Positions 49,298 through 57,777 of a stretch of DNA of 64,000 bases are shown here, one piece after another. A program made the translations under genes and the position numbers. The notes under the pieces are model-generated. The model ran no database searches. It saw nothing but the letters and a program-made list of their open reading frames with translations, and was not told the DNA's origin. Each line of letters begins with the position of its first letter. Within the stretch, counting starts at the first letter, position 1. Source of the DNA: Terriglobia bacterium (GTDB lineage Bacteria; Acidobacteriota; Terriglobia; 20CM-2-55-15); NCBI GenBank assembly GCA_965262675.1, contig OZ253554.1, positions 332,747 through 396,746 on the forward strand, written 5' to 3'.

Positions 49298-52200
49298 TCA
49301 CTGGATCACCGGAACCACCGGCAGGGTGGTGAAGATGTGGTTGCCGGGGTCCATTTCCAGGGCTACGGCCGTAAACAGCCCCTCCCCTGTCGCGGCGCAG
49401 CGCACCGACCCCGAGAAGTCGGACGTATCGGCGGCGAGGAACGCCTGGTCGATGAACCAGGCCGTCTGCCCGTTGGCCGCAAGAGGGATGCTGGCGGCGT
49501 CGCGCAACACGCCCTCTTTCCTCAATTCGCACCGCACCAGCCCCGGACTCGATTCCAGGTTGTGGAGCGCGACCCCCGTCGTGATTCCTCCCTCCTGGCG
49601 GCGCACCGGGAAGAGGGCGTCGCTGAGGGGGAGGCTGGCCCCCACCCCGGCCACCCCGAAGTCGGGGTGGTCAAAGCGGAGCATCCCGCCGATGGGACCG
49701 TCCGAAACCACCTTCACCGATCCCGACAGCAGTTCCCCCCGCCCATGAGTCGAGATCGTGAGCACTCCCAGCGGCTCCATCTCGGTGCGGACCGTCAGCG
49801 CGCCGTCCTCGGTGACCTCCAGATTGTCCGTGATGTCCACCACCGATTCGGCGGCAATCGGATTGCCCGCGGTGTCGTAGAAATAAATAACGGGACGGGT
49901 CGGAGGGATCACCGTATGAAACGGGGTGAGGGGAGGACCGCTCGGCCGCGTCTCCAGGTTCACGAACACCAGATCGGTGATCCAGGGACCGGTGGTATAA
50001 TGCGCAAACTCCACAGCAGTCTGCTTGTTTCCGCTTCCCATCCCGTTGGCAAAATGCGCAAAGCCCAGAGTGGTCGCCTCGGGCCGTCCCCGGTTCACCT
50101 CCACCACCGGCAGCGTGGTGAAGGTGCGGGTGCCGGGATCCATTTCCAGGGCCACGGCGCTGAACCGCCTGCGGCCGGGCGCGGCGCATCGCACCGACCC
50201 CACAAAGTCCGATGTATCGGTCGCGGTGAACACCTCTTCGATGAACCCGGAGGTCTGGCCGTTGGCCTCCAGAAGGATCTCCACCTCTTCGAGCGCGACG
50301 CCCCCGCGCATCAGTCGGCAACGCACCCCCATCGGTTCCTCTCCCAAGTTGTGCAGCGCCGCCGCCGTCGTGACTCCTCCCTCCTGGCGGCGAGCCGGGA
50401 AGATGACATCCCGGACGGGGGGGCTGGCCCCCACCCCGGCCACCCCTATCTCCGGGACGTTATAGCGCACACCGCCGCCGATGGGACTCGAGACCACCTT
50501 CACCGATCCCGACACCGGCTCCCCTCGTCCGTGGGTTGAAATCGTGAGTTCGCCCAGGGGCTCCATCTCCGTTCGAACGGTCAGGCTGCCGTCCTCCGCG
50601 ATCTCCAGATCGTCCATGAGATCCACCACCGATTCCGGGTCGATGAGATGGCCCATCTGATCGTAAAAGTAGAGGGCTGGCTGGATCGGATGGGTGGACA
50701 GATTCAGGAGCACCAGATCGGAGGTGATGCCGGTCCCATTGGCGAAATGCGCAAAGTCCAGAACCACCGGCAGCGTGGCCTCGGCCCGGTTGGAAGCCCG
50801 GCTCTCGCCGATCCGGTTCACCGCCCGCACCTGGAAGACGTAGACCGTGCTGTTGGTGAGGCCGGTGACCGTATGGGTAGTGTGGGTGGAGCCGATGGAT
50901 ATCCACCTTCCCTCCCCGTTGATCCGGTACTCGTAACGCCGGATCGCAGAGCCGCCGTCGTCCTCCGGCGCGTCCCAGGCCAGCACGGCCTCGCCGATCC
51001 CGCCCGCCGCCGTCAGGTTCCGGGGCGCCTCCGGCGCCGTCAGTCGCGGGCCGCCACCTCCACCACCGCCGCCAGGTGGCCGTGTAGCGCCGCAGACGGA
51101 CCCTCGAAAAGTGATCGTCGCCAACCACGCCTGAAATGCAGTATCCGCCGGCGCACACAAATTGGTCGACCGTATATCCAACACCGAGAGTTGTGACAGC
51201 GCCGACAGGGTTAGCGGGAGGGGCTCGCTCAACATATTCTCGTTGAGATACAGGATCTGGAGGTTGGTCAGATTCCCCAGCACAGCCGGAATCGTCCCGC
51301 TCAACGTATTGCTCCAGAGAGACAGCCTCTGGAGATTCGTCAAGTCCCCCAGCTCGGCCGGGATCGCCCCGCTCAACATATTCTCGTTGAGATACAGGAA
51401 CTGGAGACTGGTCAAGTCCCCCAGCTCGGCCGGAATCGTCCCGCTCAACGTATTCCGGGAGAGATACAGCCTCTGGAGACTGGTCAAGTCCCCCAGCTCG
51501 GCCGGGATCGCCCCGCTCAACATATTCTCGTTGAGATACAGGAACTGGAGACTGGTCAAGTCCCCCAGCTCGGCCGGAATCGTCCCGCTCAACGTATTGC
51601 TCCAGAGAGACAGCCTCTGGAGATTGGTCAAGTCCCCCAGCTCGGCCGGGATCGCCCCGCTCAACATATTCTCGTTGAGATACAGGAACTGGAGACTGGT
51701 CAAGTCCCCCAGCTCGGCCGGAATCGTCCCGCTCAACGTATTCCGGGAGAGATACAGCCTCTGGAGACTGGTCAAGTCCCCCAGCTCGGCCGGGATCGCC
51801 CCGCTCAACATATTCTCGTTGAGATACAGGAACTGGAGACTGGTCAAGTCCCCCAGCTCGGCCGGAATCGTCCCGCTCAACGTATTGCTCCAGAGAGACA
51901 GCCTCTGGAGATTGGTCAAGTCCCCCAGCTCGGCCGGGATCGCCCCGCTCAACATATTCTCGTTGAGATACAGGAACTGGAGACTGGTCAAGTCCCCCAG
52001 CTCGGCCGGAATCGTCCCGCTCAACATATTCCGGGAGAGATACAGGAACTGGAGACTGGTCAAGTCCCCCAGCTCGGCCGGAATCGTCCCGCTCAACATA
52101 TTCCGGGAGAGATACAGGAACTGGAGACTGGTCAAGTCCCCCAGCTCGGCCGGAATCGTCCCGCTCAACGTATTGCTCCAGAGATACAGCTGCTGGAGGT

Positions 52201-52873
52201 TGGTCAGATTCCCCAGCTCGGCCGGGATCTCCCCGCTCAACTTATTGGCTTGGAAATACAGGTGCCGGAGGTTGGTCAAGTCGCCCAGTTCAGCCGGAAT
52301 CGTCCCGCTCAACCCATTGGCGTAGAGATACAGGATCTGGAGGTGGGTCAAGTCCCCCAGCTCGACCGGGATCGTCCCGCTCAACGTATTCTGGGAGAGA
52401 GACAGCTGCTGGAGGCTGGTCATATTCCCAAGCTCGACCGGGATCGTCCCGCTCAACATATTCTGGTCGAGTGCCAGGACCAGGAGGCTGGTCATATTCC
52501 CAAGCTCGACCGGGATCGTCCCGCTCAACATATTCTGCATGAGAAACAGCTTCTGGAGGTGGGTCAAGTCCCCCAGCGCCGCCGGGATCGTCCCGCTCAA
52601 CTCATTCTGGATGAGAGACAGCTGCACGACGCGGCCGTTTGCGTCCGTGCGGGTCCCGTACCATTCCGAGAGGGCCTCAGTGCTCAACCAGTTGGTGTTG
52701 TTCGTCCAGTTCGCACCGCCGGTCGCGTTGTAGAGCGCCACCAGCGCCGCCCGGTCCGTCTCCACGCTGCCCTGTGCGTGGGCGTTTCCACCGGTCAGAA
52801 GGAGGAAGGCCGCGAAGACGAAGACAGCGCACTTGCGCCCGTCATGGGAGTTGGAAGCGATGTCCTGCCTCAA
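49298..52873 (-). CDS. Secreted leucine-rich-repeat protein: signal peptide, LRR N-cap, ~20 plant-type 24-aa LRRs, poly-Gly linker, FN3 domain, two paralogous ~200-260-aa C-terminal domains
   Basis: 1,191 aa. Signal peptide KCAVFVFAAFLLLTGGNAHA; cap DRAALVALYNATGGANWTNNTNWLS..LSEWYG; LRR unit LxxLxxLxLxxNxLSGxIPxELGxLTx; FN3 (PRNLTAA...YEYRI...TGLTNSTVYVFQVRAVN). The C-terminal duplicated module starts at FAHFANG and ends at FTTLPVV. The start codon is TTG. Confidence 0.9.
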   Translation of the reverse strand: MRQDIASNSHDGRKCAVFVFAAFLLLTGGNAHAQGSVETDRAALVALYNATGGANWTNNTNWLSTEALSEWYGTRTDANGRVVQLSLIQNELSGTIPAALGDLTHLQKLFLMQNMLSGTIPVELGNMTSLLVLALDQNMLSGTIPVELGNMTSLQQLSLSQNTLSGTIPVELGDLTHLQILYLYANGLSGTIPAELGDLTNLRHLYFQANKLSGEIPAELGNLTNLQQLYLWSNTLSGTIPAELGDLTSLQFLYLSRNMLSGTIPAELGDLTSLQFLYLSRNMLSGTIPAELGDLTSLQFLYLNENMLSGAIPAELGDLTNLQRLSLWSNTLSGTIPAELGDLTSLQFLYLNENMLSGAIPAELGDLTSLQRLYLSRNTLSGTIPAELGDLTSLQFLYLNENMLSGAIPAELGDLTNLQRLSLWSNTLSGTIPAELGDLTSLQFLYLNENMLSGAIPAELGDLTSLQRLYLSRNTLSGTIPAELGDLTSLQFLYLNENMLSGAIPAELGDLTNLQRLSLWSNTLSGTIPAVLGNLTNLQILYLNENMLSEPLPLTLSALSQLSVLDIRSTNLCAPADTAFQAWLATITFRGSVCGATRPPGGGGGGGGPRLTAPEAPRNLTAAGGIGEAVLAWDAPEDDGGSAIRRYEYRINGEGRWISIGSTHTTHTVTGLTNSTVYVFQVRAVNRIGESRASNRAEATLPVVLDFAHFANGTGITSDLVLLNLSTHPIQPALYFYDQMGHLIDPESVVDLMDDLEIAEDGSLTVRTEMEPLGELTISTHGRGEPVSGSVKVVSSPIGGGVRYNVPEIGVAGVGASPPVRDVIFPARRQEGGVTTAAALHNLGEEPMGVRCRLMRGGVALEEVEILLEANGQTSGFIEEVFTATDTSDFVGSVRCAAPGRRRFSAVALEMDPGTRTFTTLPVVEVNRGRPEATTLGFAHFANGMGSGNKQTAVEFAHYTTGPWITDLVFVNLETRPSGPPLTPFHTVIPPTRPVIYFYDTAGNPIAAESVVDITDNLEVTEDGALTVRTEMEPLGVLTISTHGRGELLSGSVKVVSDGPIGGMLRFDHPDFGVAGVGASLPLSDALFPVRRQEGGITTGVALHNLESSPGLVRCELRKEGVLRDAASIPLAANGQTAWFIDQAFLAADTSDFSGSVRCAATGEGLFTAVALEMDPGNHIFTTLPVVPVIQ
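51269..52141 (-). repeat. Near-identical higher-order tandem repeat inside the LRR gene (72-bp LRR units organised in a 288-bp, 4-LRR super-unit, about 3 copies)
   Basis: The protein block [FLYLNENMLSGAIPAELGDLTN][LQRLSLWSNTLSGTIPAELGDLTS][LQFLYLNENMLSGAIPAELGDLTS][LQRLYLSRNTLSGTIPAELGDLTS] recurs verbatim. The opposite-strand ORF 51162..52325 shows the same exact periodicity. Confidence 0.9.
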
Positions 52874-52886
52874 TTGTGCCGTGTCC

Positions 52887-52975
52887 TCTTGGCTCTTGGC
52901 TCTTGGCTCTTGGCTCTTGGCTCTTGGCTCTTGGCTCTTGGCTCTTGGCTCTTGGCTCTTGGCTCTTGGCTCTTG
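52887..52975 (-). repeat. Heptanucleotide microsatellite (GCCAAGA on the minus strand; tcttggc on plus), 12 full copies + 5 nt
   Basis: Perfect 7-bp period from 52887 to 52970 (84 nt), then tcttg. It ends 14 nt upstream of the LRR start codon. Confidence 0.95.
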
Positions 52976-53096
52976 TGATAGGGTGGACGGACTGGCATTT
53001 CATTTGTCAAGCTCTTATTGGAATATTCGACAACGTGGTTCTACAGTCCTAACCCGGCGTAGCCGGAACCAAACAGGAATCCGGTAAGATGCCGGA

Positions 53097-54620
53097 ATGA
53101 GTATCGAACTGCTGACCGACCGGTACGCGAAACAGATCGCGGGAACGATTTCCTGCTACGACCGAATGCTACTCTTCGGGACGCTTCCGCAGATTTGCTA
53201 CGCGGAAGGGATGACCTCACTGTTGTACTCCCGCAATATCCGCATCTTCGATTATCCGCGCTTTGCGGAGCCATTCCGGAATCGGATCCGGGACAACGCC
53301 CATAAACTGGCATCCGATCACGGCATCGAGATCGAACACATCCGTAAGAAGAACTTCCGTAAGGAAGACAGGATTCGGAAGATCATCGCCGAGCGCGGCG
53401 ACGAGCCGGGCCTGGTGGCGATCTTCTCGGCCATGGAGCCGTGCGCGACGTTCAAGCCGTGGCATAACAAACAGTCTGGAAAAACGTACTTGATCTCGGA
53501 TCGGAGTAAGTGCCTGCACTATTACTTCTACTTCCTCGATGAAGAACTGGGCCTGTGCTATGTGCGCGTACCCACATGGTTGCCGTGCCGTCTACAAGTC
53601 TATTTCAACGGTCATAACTGGCTGGCCCTCCAGTTGAAACGCCGGCGCATTCCCTATCGGATGCTGGACAATGCCTTCGCCCACATCGGCGACTGGAGTC
53701 GGGCGCAAGAGATCGCCGACCGCCTGGAGGCCCGCCGCATCCACGAAAGATTGGATCGGTTTGCCCGTCAGTATTGCCCCATCATCGAACACTTCGATCT
53801 CGTGTATCACTGGAGTCTGAACCAATGCGAATACGCCACCGATGCGGTGTTCCGCCGGCAGGCCGATCTTGGGCCCATTTACGCCAATCTCACCCGCACG
53901 GCGATTCATACCGTCAAGCCCGATAACATCGCCACGTTTCTCGACCGCAAACTCCACCCCAATTACCAGGATGAAATGGGCAACCGTTTCAACATCCGAA
54001 TCGAAGGCGCCCGTATCAAACACACCATGGGACCGGTTTCATTGAAGCTCTATGACAAATCCGGCCTCATTCTCCGCATCGAGACCACCGTCAACGACGT
54101 GTCCTTTTTCAAGCACTACCGGAAGGTAGAACATCGCAACGGCGCCTGCGAAACCAAGTGGGCTCCCATGCGGAAAACCATCTACAGCCTGCCCCCACTG
54201 GCCGAACTGCTGACCGCCGCCAATCGCCGCTATCTGCAGTTCCTGTCGACCATCGAGGATCCCCGCGTCGGCCACCACAACATCGAGAAGCTCTCCCGCA
54301 CCGTCCGCGAAAACCTCCGCTCCCATCGCGGCTTCAACTTCTTCGACGCCGAAGACCAACTCCTGTTTGAAACCATCGCCCGTGGCGAGTTCAACATCAG
54401 CGGCTTTCAGAACAAAACTCTTCGACGCCACCTCTCTCACAAAACTTCCCCGCAAGTCTCCCGCATGCTCAAATGTCTCCGCGCCCATGGTCTCATCAAG
54501 AAGATTGGCCGCACTTACAAGTACTACCTCACCCTCTTCGGTAAACAAGTCATCGTCACCGGATTGAAACTCAAACATCTCGTCATCTTTCCTCAACTCG
54601 CTTTGCCTTCTACTCCATGA
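53097..54620 (+). CDS. Conserved-looking hypothetical protein (507 aa) with a possible C-terminal winged-helix
   Basis: Long ORF of clearly lower GC, divergent from the LRR gene. No catalytic motif recognised. The C-terminus (SRMLKCLRAHGLIKKIGRTYKYYLTLFGKQVI) looks like a MarR-type wHTH. Confidence 0.6.
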   Translation: MSIELLTDRYAKQIAGTISCYDRMLLFGTLPQICYAEGMTSLLYSRNIRIFDYPRFAEPFRNRIRDNAHKLASDHGIEIEHIRKKNFRKEDRIRKIIAERGDEPGLVAIFSAMEPCATFKPWHNKQSGKTYLISDRSKCLHYYFYFLDEELGLCYVRVPTWLPCRLQVYFNGHNWLALQLKRRRIPYRMLDNAFAHIGDWSRAQEIADRLEARRIHERLDRFARQYCPIIEHFDLVYHWSLNQCEYATDAVFRRQADLGPIYANLTRTAIHTVKPDNIATFLDRKLHPNYQDEMGNRFNIRIEGARIKHTMGPVSLKLYDKSGLILRIETTVNDVSFFKHYRKVEHRNGACETKWAPMRKTIYSLPPLAELLTAANRRYLQFLSTIEDPRVGHHNIEKLSRTVRENLRSHRGFNFFDAEDQLLFETIARGEFNISGFQNKTLRRHLSHKTSPQVSRMLKCLRAHGLIKKIGRTYKYYLTLFGKQVIVTGLKLKHLVIFPQLALPSTP

Positions 54621-54770
54621 CTCCCCATCATTTTCTGCCTCGAATGGTCAGAATCCGAATATAGAGGTACTAAATCTTTACGCAGAGGTAGTGAAAATAC
54701 ATCGTATCATGGCCGTGCGGACCTGCTTTGGAATGACGACCGATTAAGTGACGCGCCTACGGCTCTGATA

Positions 54771-55196
54771 TCAGCGCCCGCGCCATCCTGAATCCCTCTC
54801 TAGTCCGGGTTCCAGCTTCGGACGCGCCGCTTCCGCCGCTCGCTCGAGCTGCCACGCCTCGGACCAATTCTGCTCCTTCCACTCCTTCCCCAACTCCCGC
54901 TCGCTCCGCGTCTGCTCCTTGGACAACTCGGGATCGAGGGAGCGAATAAACGCGACCCTTCCGTGGGTGATGACCTTCTCCTGCTTTTCCCGCCTTTCCT
55001 TAAACGCGGCCCTGGACTGCTCCATCACCGCCTTCCATCGCTGCTCTTTCTCAGCCTCCCGCCGCACCGCTTCTGCCTCGGCCTTGCGCCATGCGTCCAG
55101 TCGCTCTTTCGACTTCCGTTGCACCTCCGCCCGGTACTCCGGGTCTTCTGCATACCGCCTCTGCTGCTCGGCCTCCCGCCGCTTGTACATCACCAT
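54771..55196 (-). CDS. Highly charged Arg/Glu/Lys-rich coiled-coil hypothetical protein
   Basis: 141 aa. Starts 16 bp from the inner end of 593-bp element copy 2, in the same orientation as its Cys-rich ORF. Confidence 0.4.
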   Translation of the reverse strand: MVMYKRREAEQQRRYAEDPEYRAEVQRKSKERLDAWRKAEAEAVRREAEKEQRWKAVMEQSRAAFKERREKQEKVITHGRVAFIRSLDPELSKEQTRSERELGKEWKEQNWSEAWQLERAAEAARPKLEPGLERDSGWRGR

Positions 55197-55211
55197 GAAC
55201 CGCTCCTCTCT

Positions 55212-55804
55212 TGTTGCCGATCACGAGAAACCGCGGTTTTTTGAACACGCGCCGATCAATCATGAACGTCTCGCGGGAGCCCTGGGACGGCCCAGTCGCC
55301 GTTGAGGAGGACGAAAGTCGGCGAAGGGGTCAATCCAGGCGCTGTGACGCAGGCATTTCACGCACTGAGACAGAGGCAGGCGCTCGTGATCGCGCGAGTT
55401 CGTGACCGAACGCACAGGCTGATGCGTCACTCCTGCCCGGGACTGGCGTCTTGGATACTCTCGCTGGCGCAACGAATGGCACAGCTTTCCCTTCGGAGAC
55501 GCTTGATAGCGGCGACCAGCGGCGCGGACGTGCTGTTGTCGCATCCTCTGTCTACAGGCAACGCTGCAGTAGCGCTGTCCGCGATCACAGCCCAAGCAGA
55601 TCGTGAACATCACACCGCAGCTTGGGTCACAACATGAACGTAGTCTAACGCCGTCCGACAGGTCATCTACTCTGGAGATGGGCATACGTGCCACGATAAC
55701 CCACGCAGGAATCGTCTTGTATCGAGAACGCGCCTTCGGCGCGGATGATGATGTCAAAAACCGGCGAGAGTCCAAAAAACTTCACTTTCTGATGATCGCT
55801 TACA
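55212..55804 (-). mobile_element. 593-bp TIR element, copy 2 (identical to 47027..47619)
   Basis: Identical sequence at an offset of 8185. Confidence 0.8.
55260..55775 (-). CDS. Cys-rich hypothetical protein (second identical copy)
   Basis: Its 171-aa translation is identical to that of 47075..47590. Confidence 0.5.
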   Translation of the reverse strand: MDSRRFLTSSSAPKARSRYKTIPAWVIVARMPISRVDDLSDGVRLRSCCDPSCGVMFTICLGCDRGQRYCSVACRQRMRQQHVRAAGRRYQASPKGKLCHSLRQREYPRRQSRAGVTHQPVRSVTNSRDHERLPLSQCVKCLRHSAWIDPFADFRPPQRRLGRPRAPARRS

Positions 55805-55811
55805 CTCGAAC

Positions 55812-56485
55812 GTATGGACACGGAGGTGTCGAGCGCGATACTCGCGGCACTTCCAACTGGAACCGCCGTATCGGTGCTCGCAACCCTGTACCCGGAAGCC
55901 CGCGCCCCTCTGATTGACGGCCTCCCCGCGCGCGTCCGGCACGGGTTCCGCCGCCGCCTGGAGTTTCCCGCCGGTACGGTTGGACGCCTCATGGAGTCCG
56001 CCGTGAACGTCATCGGGGAGGATTTCTCACGCGACTCGGCGCGCGATTCCTTTCGAGCGACGGATGCGCCTTATCTGTACGTCGTCGATTCGCAGCAGAG
56101 ATTGGCGGGGGTTCTGGCGCGCCGGGATCTGGAGGATCCACGCGAACGCCCCCTCGGCGAGATCGTCGTCCACAATCCCGTTTCCCTGCTCGCGACGCTG
56201 GAATGGGAAACGGCTCGTGAGCACGTGGCGTGGAAGGAGTTCGACGTGCTTCCCGTGGTGGACCGGGAGGGCTGCCTGATCGGAACCTTGCGTCACAAGC
56301 AGGTGCGGCGAACCGAAGGCGCTGCCTGGAACAGTGACTTCGTCCCGAGTTCGGGTCTGGATACGCTGTTCAGTCTGGAGGAAGCCTATTGTGCGGGCCT
56401 CTGGGAAGTGATTGGCTCGATGACCGAGGACGGCGAACTCCCGAGGACCGCACGTATGGATCCGGAGTCGGGACGGACATCATGA
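55812..56485 (+). pseudogene. MgtE-N/CBS-domain protein, 3' part (continues from 47026)
   Basis: MgtE N-domain-like helices (AILAALPTGTAVSVLATL) and a CBS pair (YLYVVDSQQRLAGVLARRDL; VLPVVDREGCLIGTL). No TM domain. The stop overlaps the mgtE start. Confidence 0.8.
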
Positions 56486-57777
56486 CCGCGCCGGAAGGCC
56501 GGATCGTCGAGCGGTTCGCGGACCTGTATCCCGATGAGGTCGCGCGCATCATGGAGTCTTTCAGCCCGGAAGAGAATGCCAAAGTGATGGACGAGACTGC
56601 TCCCGCGAGAGCGTTCGAGGTTATCCGGCGGCTGACGCTGCATGCCGGCGCCGAAGTTCTGCAGCGCCTGGATTCCGGGCATGCCTCAAGGATCGTCGAA
56701 CTGCTCGAACCCAATCGAGCCGCGGCGCTGCTGCTGCGCATTCCCGAAGAAGCCTTGTCGCGGATACTCGACGGCGCCTCTTCCGGATGTCAGCGAGAAC
56801 TGCGCATGTCCATGGAATACCCCCCCGACAGCGGTGGCCACCTGATGGACCCGTCGGTGATGACGATGTTCCCTGAAGCCACCGTCGAACAGGCCCTGGA
56901 TTGCGTGCGGGGACTGTTTCCCAAGCGCGTCGTCGACGTCTTTCTGGTCGATCCAGACGGGGTGTTGGAGGGCGCCGTACATCTTCAGGATATCGCGACC
57001 TCCAAGCCGGGAACCCGCCTTTCCGAGATCGCCGCCAGCGGCGCCCCACGAGTTCGCGATACGGCAACGCGCGAAGAGGTGGTCGAAGAAGCCGAAGCCC
57101 ACAAGGTGTCGAGTCTTCCGGTTGTCGACTTTTCGGACCGGGTAATTGGCGTGATCCGTCACGAGAACCTGATGCAAACCGTCGAACGGGAAGCCAGTTC
57201 CGATATCCAGACAATGGTCGGCGTCAGCAAGGAGGAGCGCGCACTATCGAGCGTCGGGTTCGTCGTCAGGAAACGACTGCCCTGGTTGCAGATCAATCTG
57301 GCCACGGCGTTCGTCGCGGCTTCGGTGGTCGGTTTGTTCGAAGAAACCATCGCCGGTTTCACGGCCCTGGCTGTCATGCTGCCCGTCGTGGCGGGTCAGT
57401 CCGGCAACACCGGCGCACAGGCACTTGCGGTGATCATGCGCGGGCTGTCCCTGCGCGAAATCACTCCGCGCCAGGCGCCGAAGGTCCTGACAAAGGAAGT
57501 CACCGTGGCGATTCTCAATGGTATCGCTGTCGCGGCCATCACCGGCACCGGCGTCCTGTTCTGGTACGGATCAATCGGTCTGGCCGGGGTTACCGCGGTT
57601 GCGATGGTGCTGTCGATGGCGTGCGCGGGGTTGGCCGGGGCGGCGATCCCCCTGCTTCTGCAAAGGCTCGGCCAGGATCCCGCACAATCGTCCTCGATTG
57701 TTCTGACGACGGTGACCGACGTCACAGGTTTCTTCAGCTTCCTCGGTCTGGCAACTATTTTTTCGTCTTTCCTGTAG
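56482..57777 (+). CDS. mgtE: Magnesium transporter MgtE (N-domain, CBS pair, 5-TM channel domain)
   Basis: 431 aa from MTAPEGRIVERF. The TM domain contains PVVAGQSGNTGAQAL and the C-terminal DVTGFFSFLGLA. Confidence 0.9.
   Translation: MTAPEGRIVERFADLYPDEVARIMESFSPEENAKVMDETAPARAFEVIRRLTLHAGAEVLQRLDSGHASRIVELLEPNRAAALLLRIPEEALSRILDGASSGCQRELRMSMEYPPDSGGHLMDPSVMTMFPEATVEQALDCVRGLFPKRVVDVFLVDPDGVLEGAVHLQDIATSKPGTRLSEIAASGAPRVRDTATREEVVEEAEAHKVSSLPVVDFSDRVIGVIRHENLMQTVEREASSDIQTMVGVSKEERALSSVGFVVRKRLPWLQINLATAFVAASVVGLFEETIAGFTALAVMLPVVAGQSGNTGAQALAVIMRGLSLREITPRQAPKVLTKEVTVAILNGIAVAAITGTGVLFWYGSIGLAGVTAVAMVLSMACAGLAGAAIPLLLQRLGQDPAQSSSIVLTTVTDVTGFFSFLGLATIFSSFL

Larger units (their letters stand above)
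47027..55804. mobile_element. 8,778-bp composite transposon or unresolved cointegrate bounded by two identical 593-bp direct repeats, with a 7-bp TSD
   Basis: 47027..47619 equals 55212..55804 (offset 8185; the ORF-track proteins are identical). ctcgaac occurs at 47020..47026 and at 55805..55811. The host ORF is restored in frame on excision. Confidence 0.85.

Noticed and set aside
51160-52630. CRISPR array or DGR variable region, suggested by highly regular repeats
   Set aside because: The periodicity is 72 bp with no unique spacers and lies within one continuous ORF encoding LRR units. The window has no reverse transcriptase, template repeat or cas gene.
52976-54770. The 507-aa ORF with flanks as a self-contained IS
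   Set aside because: No terminal inverted repeats or target duplication could be found by eye in 52976..53096 versus 54621..54770, and no DDE signature is present. It is kept as a hypothetical CDS only.
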